From Candidatus Binatia bacterium (lineage in GTDB: Bacteria > Desulfobacterota > Binatia > Bin18), in NCBI GenBank assembly GCA_963664395.2, contig OY761159.2, forward strand, positions 2,528,001 through 2,592,000: a stretch of 64,000 nt of DNA, written 5' to 3'. Of this stretch, positions 18,477-27,775 are shown piece after piece. Made by a program: the position numbers and the translations under genes. Positions within the stretch are counted from its first letter, which is position 1; each line of letters opens with the position of its first letter. Under the pieces are notes generated by a model. It searched no databases and had not been told where the DNA came from. It saw nothing but the letters and a program-made list of their open reading frames with translations.

Positions 18477-18725
18477 TCAGGATTCCGGTGCGTTCCCTGC
18501 CTTTTTGATGAGCCGCGCGACGGTCCCAGTCGGCTGAGCCCCGTTCTTCAGCCATTTTGCAAGCCTGTCCTGCTTGATCTCGATCAGCGCCGGCTCCTGA
18601 GTCGGATCATACGAGCCGAGCCGTTCCAGAAATCGCCCATCCCGTGGCGCCCGTGAGTCTGCAGCAACGATACGATAGAAGGGGCGCTTTTTTGCCCCGT
18701 GTCGAGCCAGTCGAATTTTTACCAT
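18477..18725 (-). CDS. rpsP: 30S ribosomal protein S16
   Basis: [30 protein letters not shown]. Confidence 0.98.
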   Translation of the reverse strand: MVKIRLARHGAKKRPFYRIVAADSRAPRDGRFLERLGSYDPTQEPALIEIKQDRLAKWLKNGAQPTGTVARLIKKAGNAPES

Positions 18726-18731
18726 AATCTT

Positions 18732-20090
18732 TTAGTGTCCCCAGGCTGGGAGAGAAAGGCGCTTTTTCATGTTCTTTCCTCCGCCAGCCCCAGAAAGCCT
18801 CCTCATCATCTTTTTTGCTTCGAGATACTGCTTGAGAAACCGGTTCACTTCAACCACCGAGGTTCCGCTTCCCTTGGCAATCCGTTTCCGCCGGCTGCCG
18901 TTCAGGAGCTCCGGTTTCCGCCGCTCTTCTTGTGTCATTGAGCTAATGATTGCTTCAACGTGTTTAAACTCTTTTTCCGCCCCCTCCATATCGGTGCCCT
19001 TGAGCATTTTCTTCGCCCCAGGAAGCAGCGCCACCAAATCCGTGATTGAGCCCATTTGTTTGACCATGCGCATCTGCTCTTGAAAGTCTTCCAGGGTAAA
19101 CTGATTTTTCCTGAGCTTCTTTTCAAGCACCTCAGCCTGCTGCTGGTCATAAACCTTTTCGGCCTTTTCGATCAACGACAACACATCGCCCATGCCCAGG
19201 ATGCGCGAGGCGATGCGATCAGGGTGAAAGGGCTCTAAGGCATCGAGTTTCTCCCCGATACCGGCAAACAGAATGGGCTTGCCGGTGACAGAGCGTAAGG
19301 ACAATGCTGCCCCGCCTCGGGCATCGCCTTCAACTTTGGTCAGCACGACGCCGTCGATGGAGAGACGGCTGTGAAAACCTTGCGCGACGTTCACCGCTTC
19401 CTGGCCTGTCATGGCATCTGCCACAAGCAGGGTTTGATGCGGCTGGAGCACAGTTTTCATCCGCTCCAGGTCGGCCATCAACTCGGCGTCAACCTGCAAA
19501 CGGCCGGCGGTATCAACCACCGCAACGTCACACCCCCTCTTGTGCGCTTCGGCAATCCCGGCTTGGGCGACCACAACCGGGTCGAGGGCCGAGCCGTCAT
19601 TCGGGGTCGGATAGACCGGAACGCCAATCTCTTGGGCGAGAATGCTGAGCTGATCAATGGCCGCCGGACGAAACGTATCTGCCGGAACAAGGTAGGGGGT
19701 GCGTTGCCGTTCTCGTGCCAGATAGCGAGCGAGCTTGCCCGCGGTCGTCGTTTTGCCCGAACCATTCAAGCCCACCAGCAGAATGACAACGGGGGGCTGA
19801 GCTGACAGGTCCAACTCGGTCTGCTCGCCACCCAAGAGCGCGACCAGCTCTGCATTAACAACTTTAATGAGCTGTTGGCCGGGCGAGAGGCTGGCCAACA
19901 CGTCCTGACCGAGTGCCTGCGTCCGAATCCGTTCGACAAAGTCTTTGACTACGCGGAAATTGACATCCGCTTCCAGCAGTGCCAGACGCACTTCACGCAA
20001 GGCTTCATCAATGTTTTTTTCGGTCAGTCTGGTGTGTCCACGCACACGGCGCAACACCCCATCCAGCTTTTCTCCTAGAGCCTCAAACAT
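18732..20090 (-). CDS. ffh: Signal recognition particle protein
   Basis: ALLEADV, GSGKTT, DTAGR, GDARGGAALS, M-domain 'SMTQEER...SRRKRIAKGSG'. Confidence 0.98.
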   Translation of the reverse strand: MFEALGEKLDGVLRRVRGHTRLTEKNIDEALREVRLALLEADVNFRVVKDFVERIRTQALGQDVLASLSPGQQLIKVVNAELVALLGGEQTELDLSAQPPVVILLVGLNGSGKTTTAGKLARYLARERQRTPYLVPADTFRPAAIDQLSILAQEIGVPVYPTPNDGSALDPVVVAQAGIAEAHKRGCDVAVVDTAGRLQVDAELMADLERMKTVLQPHQTLLVADAMTGQEAVNVAQGFHSRLSIDGVVLTKVEGDARGGAALSLRSVTGKPILFAGIGEKLDALEPFHPDRIASRILGMGDVLSLIEKAEKVYDQQQAEVLEKKLRKNQFTLEDFQEQMRMVKQMGSITDLVALLPGAKKMLKGTDMEGAEKEFKHVEAIISSMTQEERRKPELLNGSRRKRIAKGSGTSVVEVNRFLKQYLEAKKMMRRLSGAGGGKNMKKRLSLPAWGH

Positions 20091-20240
20091 GCCACTTCAC
20101 ACAGTTCTGTCGAACCTTCCCCACATACAGAAACAGGGGTAGAAAGTCAATCAATTGGGCCTCCCGCTCACTGCCCGCGTCAATCGCGCCGAGCGTGGCT
20201 CTTGCTTGCGTGGCATCTCGAAATCCGTTAGCTGTAGGGG

Positions 20241-20684
20241 ATGGGAGCTAAGCCAAGCAAATTCCTCGTGGGAGCCCTGCTCATCGTCAGCGCGGTCGGT
20301 TATCTTATTTATACGGGCATACAGGAAACAAAAGTCTATTACTTCACCATGGACGAATTTCTTCTGAAAAAGGCGGCGCTGGCCAATGAAGACATCCGGG
20401 TCGCCGGTCGGGTGCAGGCCGGCTCTATCCAGTGGGACCCTGCGGCGCTCAATCTGACGTTTGTTCTCACGCCCATTGAGCAGGAACCAACCCCTGTTGA
20501 AGTGACCCAAGCCGGCGTCTCGGTCTCGTACCAAGGGATTTTGCCAGATATGTTTGCAGAGGGTCGAGACGTTATTATCGAGGGCCTGTATACGCCGGAA
20601 CAACAACTGGTCGCTTCGACGATTATGACGAGCTGTCCGTCAAAATATGAGCCCGAAATCGAACAGCGACTCCAAAAAAGCTAA
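20241..20684 (+). CDS. ccmE: Cytochrome c maturation heme chaperone CcmE (CxxxY variant)
   Basis: N-terminal TM, 'RVAGRV', 'GILPDMFAEG', 'SCPSKYE'. Confidence 0.9.
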   Translation: MGAKPSKFLVGALLIVSAVGYLIYTGIQETKVYYFTMDEFLLKKAALANEDIRVAGRVQAGSIQWDPAALNLTFVLTPIEQEPTPVEVTQAGVSVSYQGILPDMFAEGRDVIIEGLYTPEQQLVASTIMTSCPSKYEPEIEQRLQKS

Positions 20685-20787
20685 TGGAGAGCTAACGGCT
20701 GAGCATGTCCTCAGCCAAGGACCAGGCGAGTGACCGCGGTCCCGGTTTTTCCACTTTCAGCCAGACACACGAGAGAGCAGTTGACCT

Positions 20788-22785
20788 ATGACACATCTTG
20801 GTACCCTCGCCCTCTACCTTGCGAGCTTGTTATCCGCCTATGCTGTTATTACTTCCCTCTGGGGCGTTCGGACGCGCAGGACGGCGTGGATTGCCAGCGG
20901 AACCCAGGCCGCTCACGCGGTATGCGGCTGCGTGGTTATTGCGTCAATCGCCCTCCTGCACGCCCTTTTGACGCGGGATTTTAATGTCGAATACGTTGCG
21001 AGCTACTCCAGCTCGACCTTACCCATACAGTATACGGTCGCGGCGTTTTGGGGTGGGCAAAAAGGCTCGCTCCTGTTCTGGGCGTTGATTCATTGCCTTT
21101 TTTCTTCGGTCGTCCTCTTCCAGAATCGCACCAAAAACCAAGAGCTGATGCCGTATGTGACGGCGACGCTTATGATCATTGCCTTATTTTTCCTCGGCCT
21201 GTTGTGTTTCATTACTCCCCCGTTTGAACGCCTGTCTTTCATCCCAAACGAAGGCTCGGATCTCAATCCCTTACTCCAGAATTACTGGATGACGATTCAT
21301 CCCCCGGCCCTGTATTTGGGCTTTATCAGTGCGTCCGTCCCATTCGCTTTTGCGATGGCTGCCCTGGCCACAGGGAAACTGGGCGACGTATGGATCCGGA
21401 CCACGCGCCGTTGGGCCTTGACCTCCTGGTTTTTTCTCTCTTTGGGCAATTTACTGGGTGGACGCTGGGCCTATGAAGTGCTGGGCTGGGGTGGCTACTG
21501 GGCGTGGGACCCGGTTGAGAACGCGGCGATTATGCCCTGGTTTACCGCAACCGCCTATCTCCACTCGGTCATGATCCAAGAGAAGAAAGACATGCTCAAG
21601 ATATGGAATATGACCTTGGTCATCCTGACCTTTGCACTGACGATTTTCGGAACATTCCTGACGCGCAGCGGTGTTATCTCCTCAGTCCACTCTTTTACCC
21701 AGTCCGGCTTGGGACCATATTTTCTGACGTTCCTGGCCTTTATCCTGATCGTTTCAATCGGGCTTCTCATCTATCGTGTGCCGGACTTGAAGAGTACGAA
21801 TGAGTTCGACTCTCTGTTGTCCCGCGAATCGGCATTCCTGTTTAACAATCTCGTCCTCGTGGGTCTTGCCTTTGCCACGTTTTGGGGAACCATTTTCCCG
21901 ATCCTGTCCGAGTGGGTCCGTGGAGTAAAGATCACTGTCGGTCCGCCTTTCTTCAATCAGGTGAACGGCCCGCTGGGGGTGCTGTTATTGTTCTTAACCG
22001 GGATTGGGCCCATTATTGCCTGGCGCCGGGCAAGCTGGATCAGCCTCAGACGGCAGTTTGCGATCCCCCTTCTCGTGGGACTGACAATGGGGGTCGGGTT
22101 TTTTGTGCTTGGCTACCGCAACTATTACGCGGTTGTCATCTTTTCCTTAGTCGGATTTGTCCTGGCTGCTATCCTGGCCGAGTTCTCTCGCGGGACACGC
22201 GCCCGACAGGCGATGCTGCACGAAAGCCCGCCTCAGGCCCTGAGTCATTTGGTCGGCAAAAATCCGCGCCGGTACGGCGGCTATATCGTTCATATTGGCG
22301 TGGTCCTGATTTTCTTTGGAGTGGCAGGCGCGTTTTTCACCATTGAAAAACAGATTACAGTGAGCGCGGAGCAATCCTTTGACGTTGGCCGCTACACCCT
22401 CCTCTACACCGGGATCACCGAAAGCGAAGACGCGCATATTGCCGCACAGATCGCTACCGTGCAGGTTGTGGTTGACGGCCAGCAGATCGATACCATGTAT
22501 CCGGAGAAACGCTTCTATAAAAAACAAAACCAGCCCACCACAGAGGTCGATATTCGGCCGACCCTCCTTGAGGACCTCTATCTCGTCCTGGGCAGCTACG
22601 ATGCGCCGTCGGGCCTGGCAACCTTCCAGGTCTTTATTAATCCGCTCGTATCCTGGATTTGGATCGGCGGGTTCATCCTGATTCTTGGCACCTGTGTCAT
22701 CATGGCCCCGAATCCGGCTGAGCGCCACGCCTTTGCCCTGGCACGCGCATCAGCAGAAATACGAGGGGAAGTTGTTGCAGATTAG
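20788..22785 (+). CDS. ccmF: Cytochrome c heme lyase CcmF
   Basis: IHPP, WAYEVLGWGGYWAWDPVEN, TFLTRSG, SVHSF. Confidence 0.97.
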   Translation: MTHLGTLALYLASLLSAYAVITSLWGVRTRRTAWIASGTQAAHAVCGCVVIASIALLHALLTRDFNVEYVASYSSSTLPIQYTVAAFWGGQKGSLLFWALIHCLFSSVVLFQNRTKNQELMPYVTATLMIIALFFLGLLCFITPPFERLSFIPNEGSDLNPLLQNYWMTIHPPALYLGFISASVPFAFAMAALATGKLGDVWIRTTRRWALTSWFFLSLGNLLGGRWAYEVLGWGGYWAWDPVENAAIMPWFTATAYLHSVMIQEKKDMLKIWNMTLVILTFALTIFGTFLTRSGVISSVHSFTQSGLGPYFLTFLAFILIVSIGLLIYRVPDLKSTNEFDSLLSRESAFLFNNLVLVGLAFATFWGTIFPILSEWVRGVKITVGPPFFNQVNGPLGVLLLFLTGIGPIIAWRRASWISLRRQFAIPLLVGLTMGVGFFVLGYRNYYAVVIFSLVGFVLAAILAEFSRGTRARQAMLHESPPQALSHLVGKNPRRYGGYIVHIGVVLIFFGVAGAFFTIEKQITVSAEQSFDVGRYTLLYTGITESEDAHIAAQIATVQVVVDGQQIDTMYPEKRFYKKQNQPTTEVDIRPTLLEDLYLVLGSYDAPSGLATFQVFINPLVSWIWIGGFILILGTCVIMAPNPAERHAFALARASAEIRGEVVAD

Positions 22786-23248
22786 CTCCCTCCTCTCCGG
22801 GCTTCTGTTCGTTGTGAGTATCAGCGGCGCGGCCGTTGCCGCGCCGACGAATCAGGAGATGGAAGCCTCGCTCACCTGTCAATGTAGCTGTGGCCTGACT
22901 GTCCATAACTGCAATCATTTACAGTGTGGCTTTGCGATTCCAGCTAAAGAGCAGATTGCTGAGCAGCTTGAACAAGGCAAATCACGCCAGGCTATTCTTT
23001 CCTCTTTTGTTGTTCGTTACGGAGAAAAAGTGCTGTCTTCACCAACGGCGACGGGCTTTAATCTTGTCGCCTGGATAGCGCCCTTTCTTGTTGTTTTTAT
23101 TGGTGCTGTCAGTATTGGGTTCATTGTGCTCCGCTGGACAAAAAATCGTCCCCACGCCCAGGCTGTGTCACCCTCCACCACCCCCACAGCGACACCGAAT
23201 CCCTATCAGGAACGACTCGAAAAAGAGCTCAAGACGTTCGAGAGCTAA
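22772..23248 (+). CDS. ccmH: CcmH/CycL-like protein with Cys-rich motif
   Basis: Signal segment, 'LTCQCSCGLTVHNCNHLQC', 'FVVRYGEKVLSSP...W..P' plus TM; TTG start approximate. Confidence 0.8.
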   Translation: MLQISSLLSGLLFVVSISGAAVAAPTNQEMEASLTCQCSCGLTVHNCNHLQCGFAIPAKEQIAEQLEQGKSRQAILSSFVVRYGEKVLSSPTATGFNLVAWIAPFLVVFIGAVSIGFIVLRWTKNRPHAQAVSPSTTPTATPNPYQERLEKELKTFES

Positions 23249-23258
23249 ACGGAAATCC

Positions 23259-23558
23259 ATGACCTTTGTGCTGTATGCTGCTGGTATTGTTCTGGTGGGG
23301 CTGATTGCCACCCTTGTTGCCTGGCCCTTACTCTCTGTACAAACAGAATCTCTCCGGTCTATCCCGGCAGCGGACCAAGTCGTACGCTGGGAAAAACAAA
23401 AAGCGAATGCCTATGCCGCTATGAAAGAAGCGGAATTTGACAAACAAATGGGAAAGCTCACGGACGAGGATTATCAATTTATTCGTCAGAAATACGAAAC
23501 GCGCGCAGTGGAAGCCCTCACGCAACTCGATCAGCTTACCCGGAAAGGGCAGGGCTAG
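23259..23558 (+). CDS. Short CcmI N-terminal-like membrane protein
   Basis: TM followed by 'AMKEAEFDKQMGKLTDEDY'; lies within the ccm operon. Confidence 0.7.
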   Translation: MTFVLYAAGIVLVGLIATLVAWPLLSVQTESLRSIPAADQVVRWEKQKANAYAAMKEAEFDKQMGKLTDEDYQFIRQKYETRAVEALTQLDQLTRKGQG

Positions 23559-23596
23559 GCACAGTCTCGTGGTGCGCTCCTTGCCGTACACGCATA

Positions 23597-24298
23597 ATGA
23601 GTAATTGGGTCGTTGAGGCGCGAAATCTCTACAAGACCTTTGCGTGGACTCCAGTCCTCAACGATATATCGTGCCGCATTGCCCCTGCCGAGGTCGTCGG
23701 CATATTTGGGCCGAACGGAGCGGGCAAGACGACGCTGTTACGACTCTTTGCTACGCTGCTGAGACCAACCGCAGGAACGCTGAGCCTGTTTGACTCAGCC
23801 TCTTCCGACCTTGCCGTCCGTCGAAAAATCGGCTTTCTCGGACATGACAGTTGCCTGTATCCGGATCTCACACCAGAAGAGAACTTGACGTTTTACGGCA
23901 AAGCCTATCAGGTCACGGACCTCAAAGACCGGATCGCCAAACAATTGGCACACGTCGGCTTACAAGACTGGCGGACAACGCCGGTCCGTCATTTTTCGCG
24001 GGGGATGGAACAGCGTCTCAGTTTGGCGCGTGCCCTCTTGCACGACCCGGAGCTCTTCCTGCTCGACGAGCCCGACACCGGCCTTGATACCAGGGCCATC
24101 TCGACCCTCCATGCCACCCTGGCTCAGGCAAAGGACCGGGGAAAAACTGTCATTCTGACCTCGCACGATTTTGAGCGGAGCAGGGAGCTGTGTACCCGTG
24201 CCCTTATCCTGCACCGTGGACGGCTTGCCTGGCAATCGGAGGAGACACTCCCGTCTCCGCAAGAATTTGTCGAATTCTATACTGCTTGCACGCACTAG
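23597..24298 (+). CDS. ccmA: Heme ABC exporter ATPase CcmA
   Basis: GPNGAGKTT, FSRGMEQR, LLDEP; operon context. Confidence 0.9.
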   Translation: MSNWVVEARNLYKTFAWTPVLNDISCRIAPAEVVGIFGPNGAGKTTLLRLFATLLRPTAGTLSLFDSASSDLAVRRKIGFLGHDSCLYPDLTPEENLTFYGKAYQVTDLKDRIAKQLAHVGLQDWRTTPVRHFSRGMEQRLSLARALLHDPELFLLDEPDTGLDTRAISTLHATLAQAKDRGKTVILTSHDFERSRELCTRALILHRGRLAWQSEETLPSPQEFVEFYTACTH

Positions 24299-24306
24299 GC
24301 TGTCCC

Positions 24307-24960
24307 ATGTGGGCGATTCTTTGGAAAGATATTCTCTTAGAGCTGCGGACCAAAGAACGAGTGTCTTCTCTGTTGGTCCTGGCCCTGCTTATCGTCCTGG
24401 TGTTTGTCTTTGCCCTCACGCCAGAGCAACTGAAACACCCGGCCTTTGGTTCTGCCCTCCTCTGGGTCGCGCTCGTCTTTGCCGGTATGTTGAGCATCCA
24501 GCGCACATTCATCCTTGAACAGGAACGCAACTGCTTGACCGGTCTCTTACTCTGCCCCATTGATCCCGGCCAGGTGTTTTTTGCAAAGTTCCTGAGCAAC
24601 GTTTTCTTTCTGACTGTGGTTGAAGCAGTTGTTGCGCCACTCACGCTTGCGCTGCTCGGCCTGTCTTTCTCGTTCTCTCTCCTTGCCCTCCCTCTCGTTC
24701 TGCTGTTCGGTATTGTCGGCTTTTCAGCCCTTGGGACGCTGTTTGCTGCGATTGCCGTTCGAACGCGCGCGCGCGAAATTATTCTGCCGTTGATGCTCCT
24801 CCCCCTCCTTGTCCCGCTGTTCATTGCGGCGGTGAATGTCACTGGAGCACTCCTGGCTGGAGAAGTGTGGACAGGGGTATGGTTCCGGGTCCTCATCGCG
24901 TTTGATGTTATTTTTGTGGTGACCGGCTGGCTGACGTTTGGTTTTGTTGTGCAAGAATAG
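24307..24960 (+). CDS. ccmB: Heme exporter protein CcmB
   Basis: 'WKDILLELRTKE', 'REIILPLMLLPLLVP'. Confidence 0.9.
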   Translation: MWAILWKDILLELRTKERVSSLLVLALLIVLVFVFALTPEQLKHPAFGSALLWVALVFAGMLSIQRTFILEQERNCLTGLLLCPIDPGQVFFAKFLSNVFFLTVVEAVVAPLTLALLGLSFSFSLLALPLVLLFGIVGFSALGTLFAAIAVRTRAREIILPLMLLPLLVPLFIAAVNVTGALLAGEVWTGVWFRVLIAFDVIFVVTGWLTFGFVVQE

Positions 24961-24988
24961 GAGGCCCGCGGGGTATAATGGAGCTCGT

Positions 24989-25672
24989 ATGAAACAAGTG
25001 ACGTCCAGTTCTCATCTGTCTGACACCATCCTGCCGTGGCTCACCGGCGCGGCTATGTTGGCGGCCCTGGCTATGGTCTTTGTGTATGTCCCGAATGAAC
25101 GGGTGCAAGGCGAGGTGCAGCGCATTTTCTATTTTCATCTGCCGTCAGCCTGGATGGCTTTTCTTGGCTTCTTTATCGTGGCTGGGGCGAGTGCGGCATT
25201 CTTATGGCAAGGCAAGCGGGCGGCTGACCTACTGGCTCAGGCCGCGGCGGAAGTTGGTATGGTGTTCTGTTCCCTTGTCCTGCTGACCGGCCCCCTCTGG
25301 GCGCGTCCTATCTGGGGCGTGTGGTGGACCTGGGACCCTCGTCTCACTATGACGCTGGTGTTATGGCTGATTTATGCCGCCTATGTCCTGCTGCGTGTTT
25401 TTGCCGGGGATAATGAGACGGCCGCTCGGTATGCCGCCGTCCTGGGTATTATCGGCGTGATCGACATCCCCCTGCTCTATATTGCCATTCGTCTGTGGCG
25501 TGGCATCCACCCCAAGGTCGAACAAATGGCGCCGGAGATGGCCTGGACGCTCCTGGTGTGTACCGGGGCGTTTGTGTGTGTGTTTACGTGGTTGTTACAA
25601 CTCAGGTTACGCAGCCTGCAGTTGCGCGACGAAATTAGAGCCCTGCGTCAGCACGTAGTAGCCGCCTCATAG
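24989..25672 (+). CDS. ccmC: Heme exporter/chaperone CcmC
   Basis: 'IFYFHLPSAW', WWD motif 'WGVWWTWDPRLT', 'IHP'. Confidence 0.93.
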   Translation: MKQVTSSSHLSDTILPWLTGAAMLAALAMVFVYVPNERVQGEVQRIFYFHLPSAWMAFLGFFIVAGASAAFLWQGKRAADLLAQAAAEVGMVFCSLVLLTGPLWARPIWGVWWTWDPRLTMTLVLWLIYAAYVLLRVFAGDNETAARYAAVLGIIGVIDIPLLYIAIRLWRGIHPKVEQMAPEMAWTLLVCTGAFVCVFTWLLQLRLRSLQLRDEIRALRQHVVAAS

Positions 25673-25685
25673 AAAAGGAAAGGAT

Positions 25686-25868
25686 ATGTCGTATTTGTTT
25701 GCTGCGTTCAGCATCGTGTGGATCGTTATTTTTCTGTACGTGCTTTCCATCTCCCGCCGCCAGCGTGAGCTGTCCCGGGAGGTTGAAATGCTTCGTCAGC
25801 TGGTCGGCCAGCAACCAACTGATACGTCCTCTGCGTCTACTGCTTCAGCGGGCGGAAATTCATCCTGA
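25686..25868 (+). CDS. ccmD: CcmD family small membrane protein
   Basis: 'YLFAAFSIVW...YV' followed by a charged helix; AAGGA RBS; follows ccmC. Confidence 0.8.
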   Translation: MSYLFAAFSIVWIVIFLYVLSISRRQRELSREVEMLRQLVGQQPTDTSSASTASAGGNSS

Positions 25869-26667
25869 GCAGTTCTTCGAGATGGGCCGGATGACAGGCT
25901 AAAATGGGCTCTTCCGGGGCGTCCGGATGTTCTCTCGTCTTCCGCACCATTTCCGTCGGCGTAACCGGCTCGCCAGAAAGCCGATACAGGCCCCCCCCAG
26001 CCGCCCATAAAACCATTGCTGCCGCCGCAATATCGTAAAAGTGAAAACGGGTGAGAAAGGTTGCCTGGAGTGCTCCTGTGGCGACCAGGATGACCTCGTA
26101 GCCCGAGACGCCGAGACTCCGAATCTTGCCTGGATATTGACTGAGATTCCACCGCTGCGCGTCAGACGAGACACCCAGATAGTCAGACTTTTTGATGGCG
26201 TGGGGGGCTGTTGGGATGACCAGCGGTTTCGTATTCCATTGTCCCCTTGTCCCCTGCTCGCTCACAAAGAGATGTTGGGCCTCCGGCATGCTGAAAATGC
26301 CGCTGAACGGCTCCCACAGGTCGGCCCTCGCTTGTTGCTGAAACACCGCCAGGGAAATGCCCCAAATAGGGATATGACTACGGAATGCCGAGGTCCCATC
26401 GATCGGATCGAGTATGGTAATGTAAGAAGCTGAACGGTTTCCGGACCAGCCCTGCTCTTCCCCAAAAATACCCACGTCCCCTTGAAAAAGCACTGCCAGC
26501 TCGTGTCTCAGAAAACGCTCAATGTCTCCATCCGCGGGGGTGACCCACGAGCCATCAGGTTTGAGTGCACTCGGACTCCTGCCATACTGGTCTCTGGCTA
26601 TTTGATCAGCGAGGCGTATGAGCTCTCTGATCCGCTCAAATTTTTGTGATGCGTCCACCCTATACAC
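25837..26667 (-). CDS. Inositol monophosphatase family protein
   Basis: 'VTPAD', 'GEE', 'LDPIDGT', 'YDIAAA...AGG'; start GTG 26667 is approximate. Confidence 0.85.
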   Translation of the reverse strand: MYRVDASQKFERIRELIRLADQIARDQYGRSPSALKPDGSWVTPADGDIERFLRHELAVLFQGDVGIFGEEQGWSGNRSASYITILDPIDGTSAFRSHIPIWGISLAVFQQQARADLWEPFSGIFSMPEAQHLFVSEQGTRGQWNTKPLVIPTAPHAIKKSDYLGVSSDAQRWNLSQYPGKIRSLGVSGYEVILVATGALQATFLTRFHFYDIAAAAMVLWAAGGGLYRLSGEPVTPTEMVRKTREHPDAPEEPILACHPAHLEELLRMNFRPLKQ

Positions 26668-26677
26668 CGCGTCCTGT

Positions 26678-26774
26678 GCTTCGACTCCGCCGCTGAAGCG
26701 GCTACGCTCAGCACGAACGGGGAGGAGCCTCTTTCTTCCGCTCATCCTGAGCGTGGCGAAGCAAAGTCGAAGGG
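26678..26774. repeat. Palindromic extragenic repeat of the CTTCGAC...GCTCAG / CTGAGC...GTCGAAG type
   Basis: GCTTCGACT...TACGCTCAGCACGAACGG / CCGCTCATCCTGAGCGTG...AGTCGAAGG nested inverted repeats. Confidence 0.75.
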
Positions 26775-26779
26775 TCCTC

Positions 26780-27754
26780 TTACCCGTACGGCCCTCCGCC
26801 AAACTCCTCAAACAGTTCGCCCACCACCTGTGCCGTTCGGGCGGGGTCGTGCCGCACGAGAGAGTTGGCAGACATGACATTCCCGAATTTCACCACTTTT
26901 ACCCCAAGGTCATAGAGCGCTCCAACATCGAGCCTCACTTGCGCGGCCTGCTCTTCTTGATACTTGCGCGCCAGTTCTTTGGGCACCTCGCCCCGGTGGA
27001 CAACCACCGCATCGGGGAGTCTGCCGGCATACTCAGCCAGCTTTGTCACATGTTGAGAGGCTGAGTAGCCATCAGTTTCTCCATGCCGGGTCATTAAGTT
27101 GAGAATGTAAATGATCGGCGCCCGCGCGTTTTTGAGCGCTTCCGGAATGCCGGTGACCAACAAATTGGGAATGGTTGAAGTGTACAGATTCCCCGGCGCA
27201 AAGATAATGAAATCACTCTCCTGCAGGGCCTGCAGGGCCTCGGGGTTGGCCTGTGCCTCGGGCTGGAGATACACCCGTTGGATCGGGCTGGATGAGTTAT
27301 GCTTGGGAACGTCAATATTGGCCTCTCCCTCGATCAGAGTCCCATCCGCCAGCTCCGCGTACAGATGCGCGTGGTCCCAGGTCACGGCCAATACGCGCCC
27401 CCGGATTTTGAGTATCCGGCTGATCGCTTCGATCGCCTGTTGCTCGGATTCCAGAATTTTTGTCAGGGCGAGAAAAAAGAGATTCCCAAAGCTGCGGCCC
27501 TCAAGAGGGGCATCCACAAAACGAAAAGAAAACAGATCGCGTAAGAGTTGGGTCTCTTCCGACAAGGCAACCAGACAGCGACGCATATCACCTGGTGGCA
27601 GCACACCGAATTCATCTCGGAGACGCCCTGAGTCACCGCCTGAATCCATCATGGTCACGATGGATTGTATCCACAGGTCTGCATACGCTCGCAGACCTGA
27701 CAGGATGTTAAACGACCCGGTCCCGCCTCCAATAACGCTCACTCTCCGTCGCAT
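26780..27754 (-). CDS. YvcK/GlmR (UPF0052, CofD-like) family protein
   Basis: GGGTG, DSGGDSGRLR, PPGDMRRCL, GRSFGNL, PGNLYTS, RHDP. Confidence 0.9.
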   Translation of the reverse strand: MRRRVSVIGGGTGSFNILSGLRAYADLWIQSIVTMMDSGGDSGRLRDEFGVLPPGDMRRCLVALSEETQLLRDLFSFRFVDAPLEGRSFGNLFFLALTKILESEQQAIEAISRILKIRGRVLAVTWDHAHLYAELADGTLIEGEANIDVPKHNSSSPIQRVYLQPEAQANPEALQALQESDFIIFAPGNLYTSTIPNLLVTGIPEALKNARAPIIYILNLMTRHGETDGYSASQHVTKLAEYAGRLPDAVVVHRGEVPKELARKYQEEQAAQVRLDVGALYDLGVKVVKFGNVMSANSLVRHDPARTAQVVGELFEEFGGGPYG

Positions 27755-27775
27755 ACTCGCCTGCCCTCATACGTC

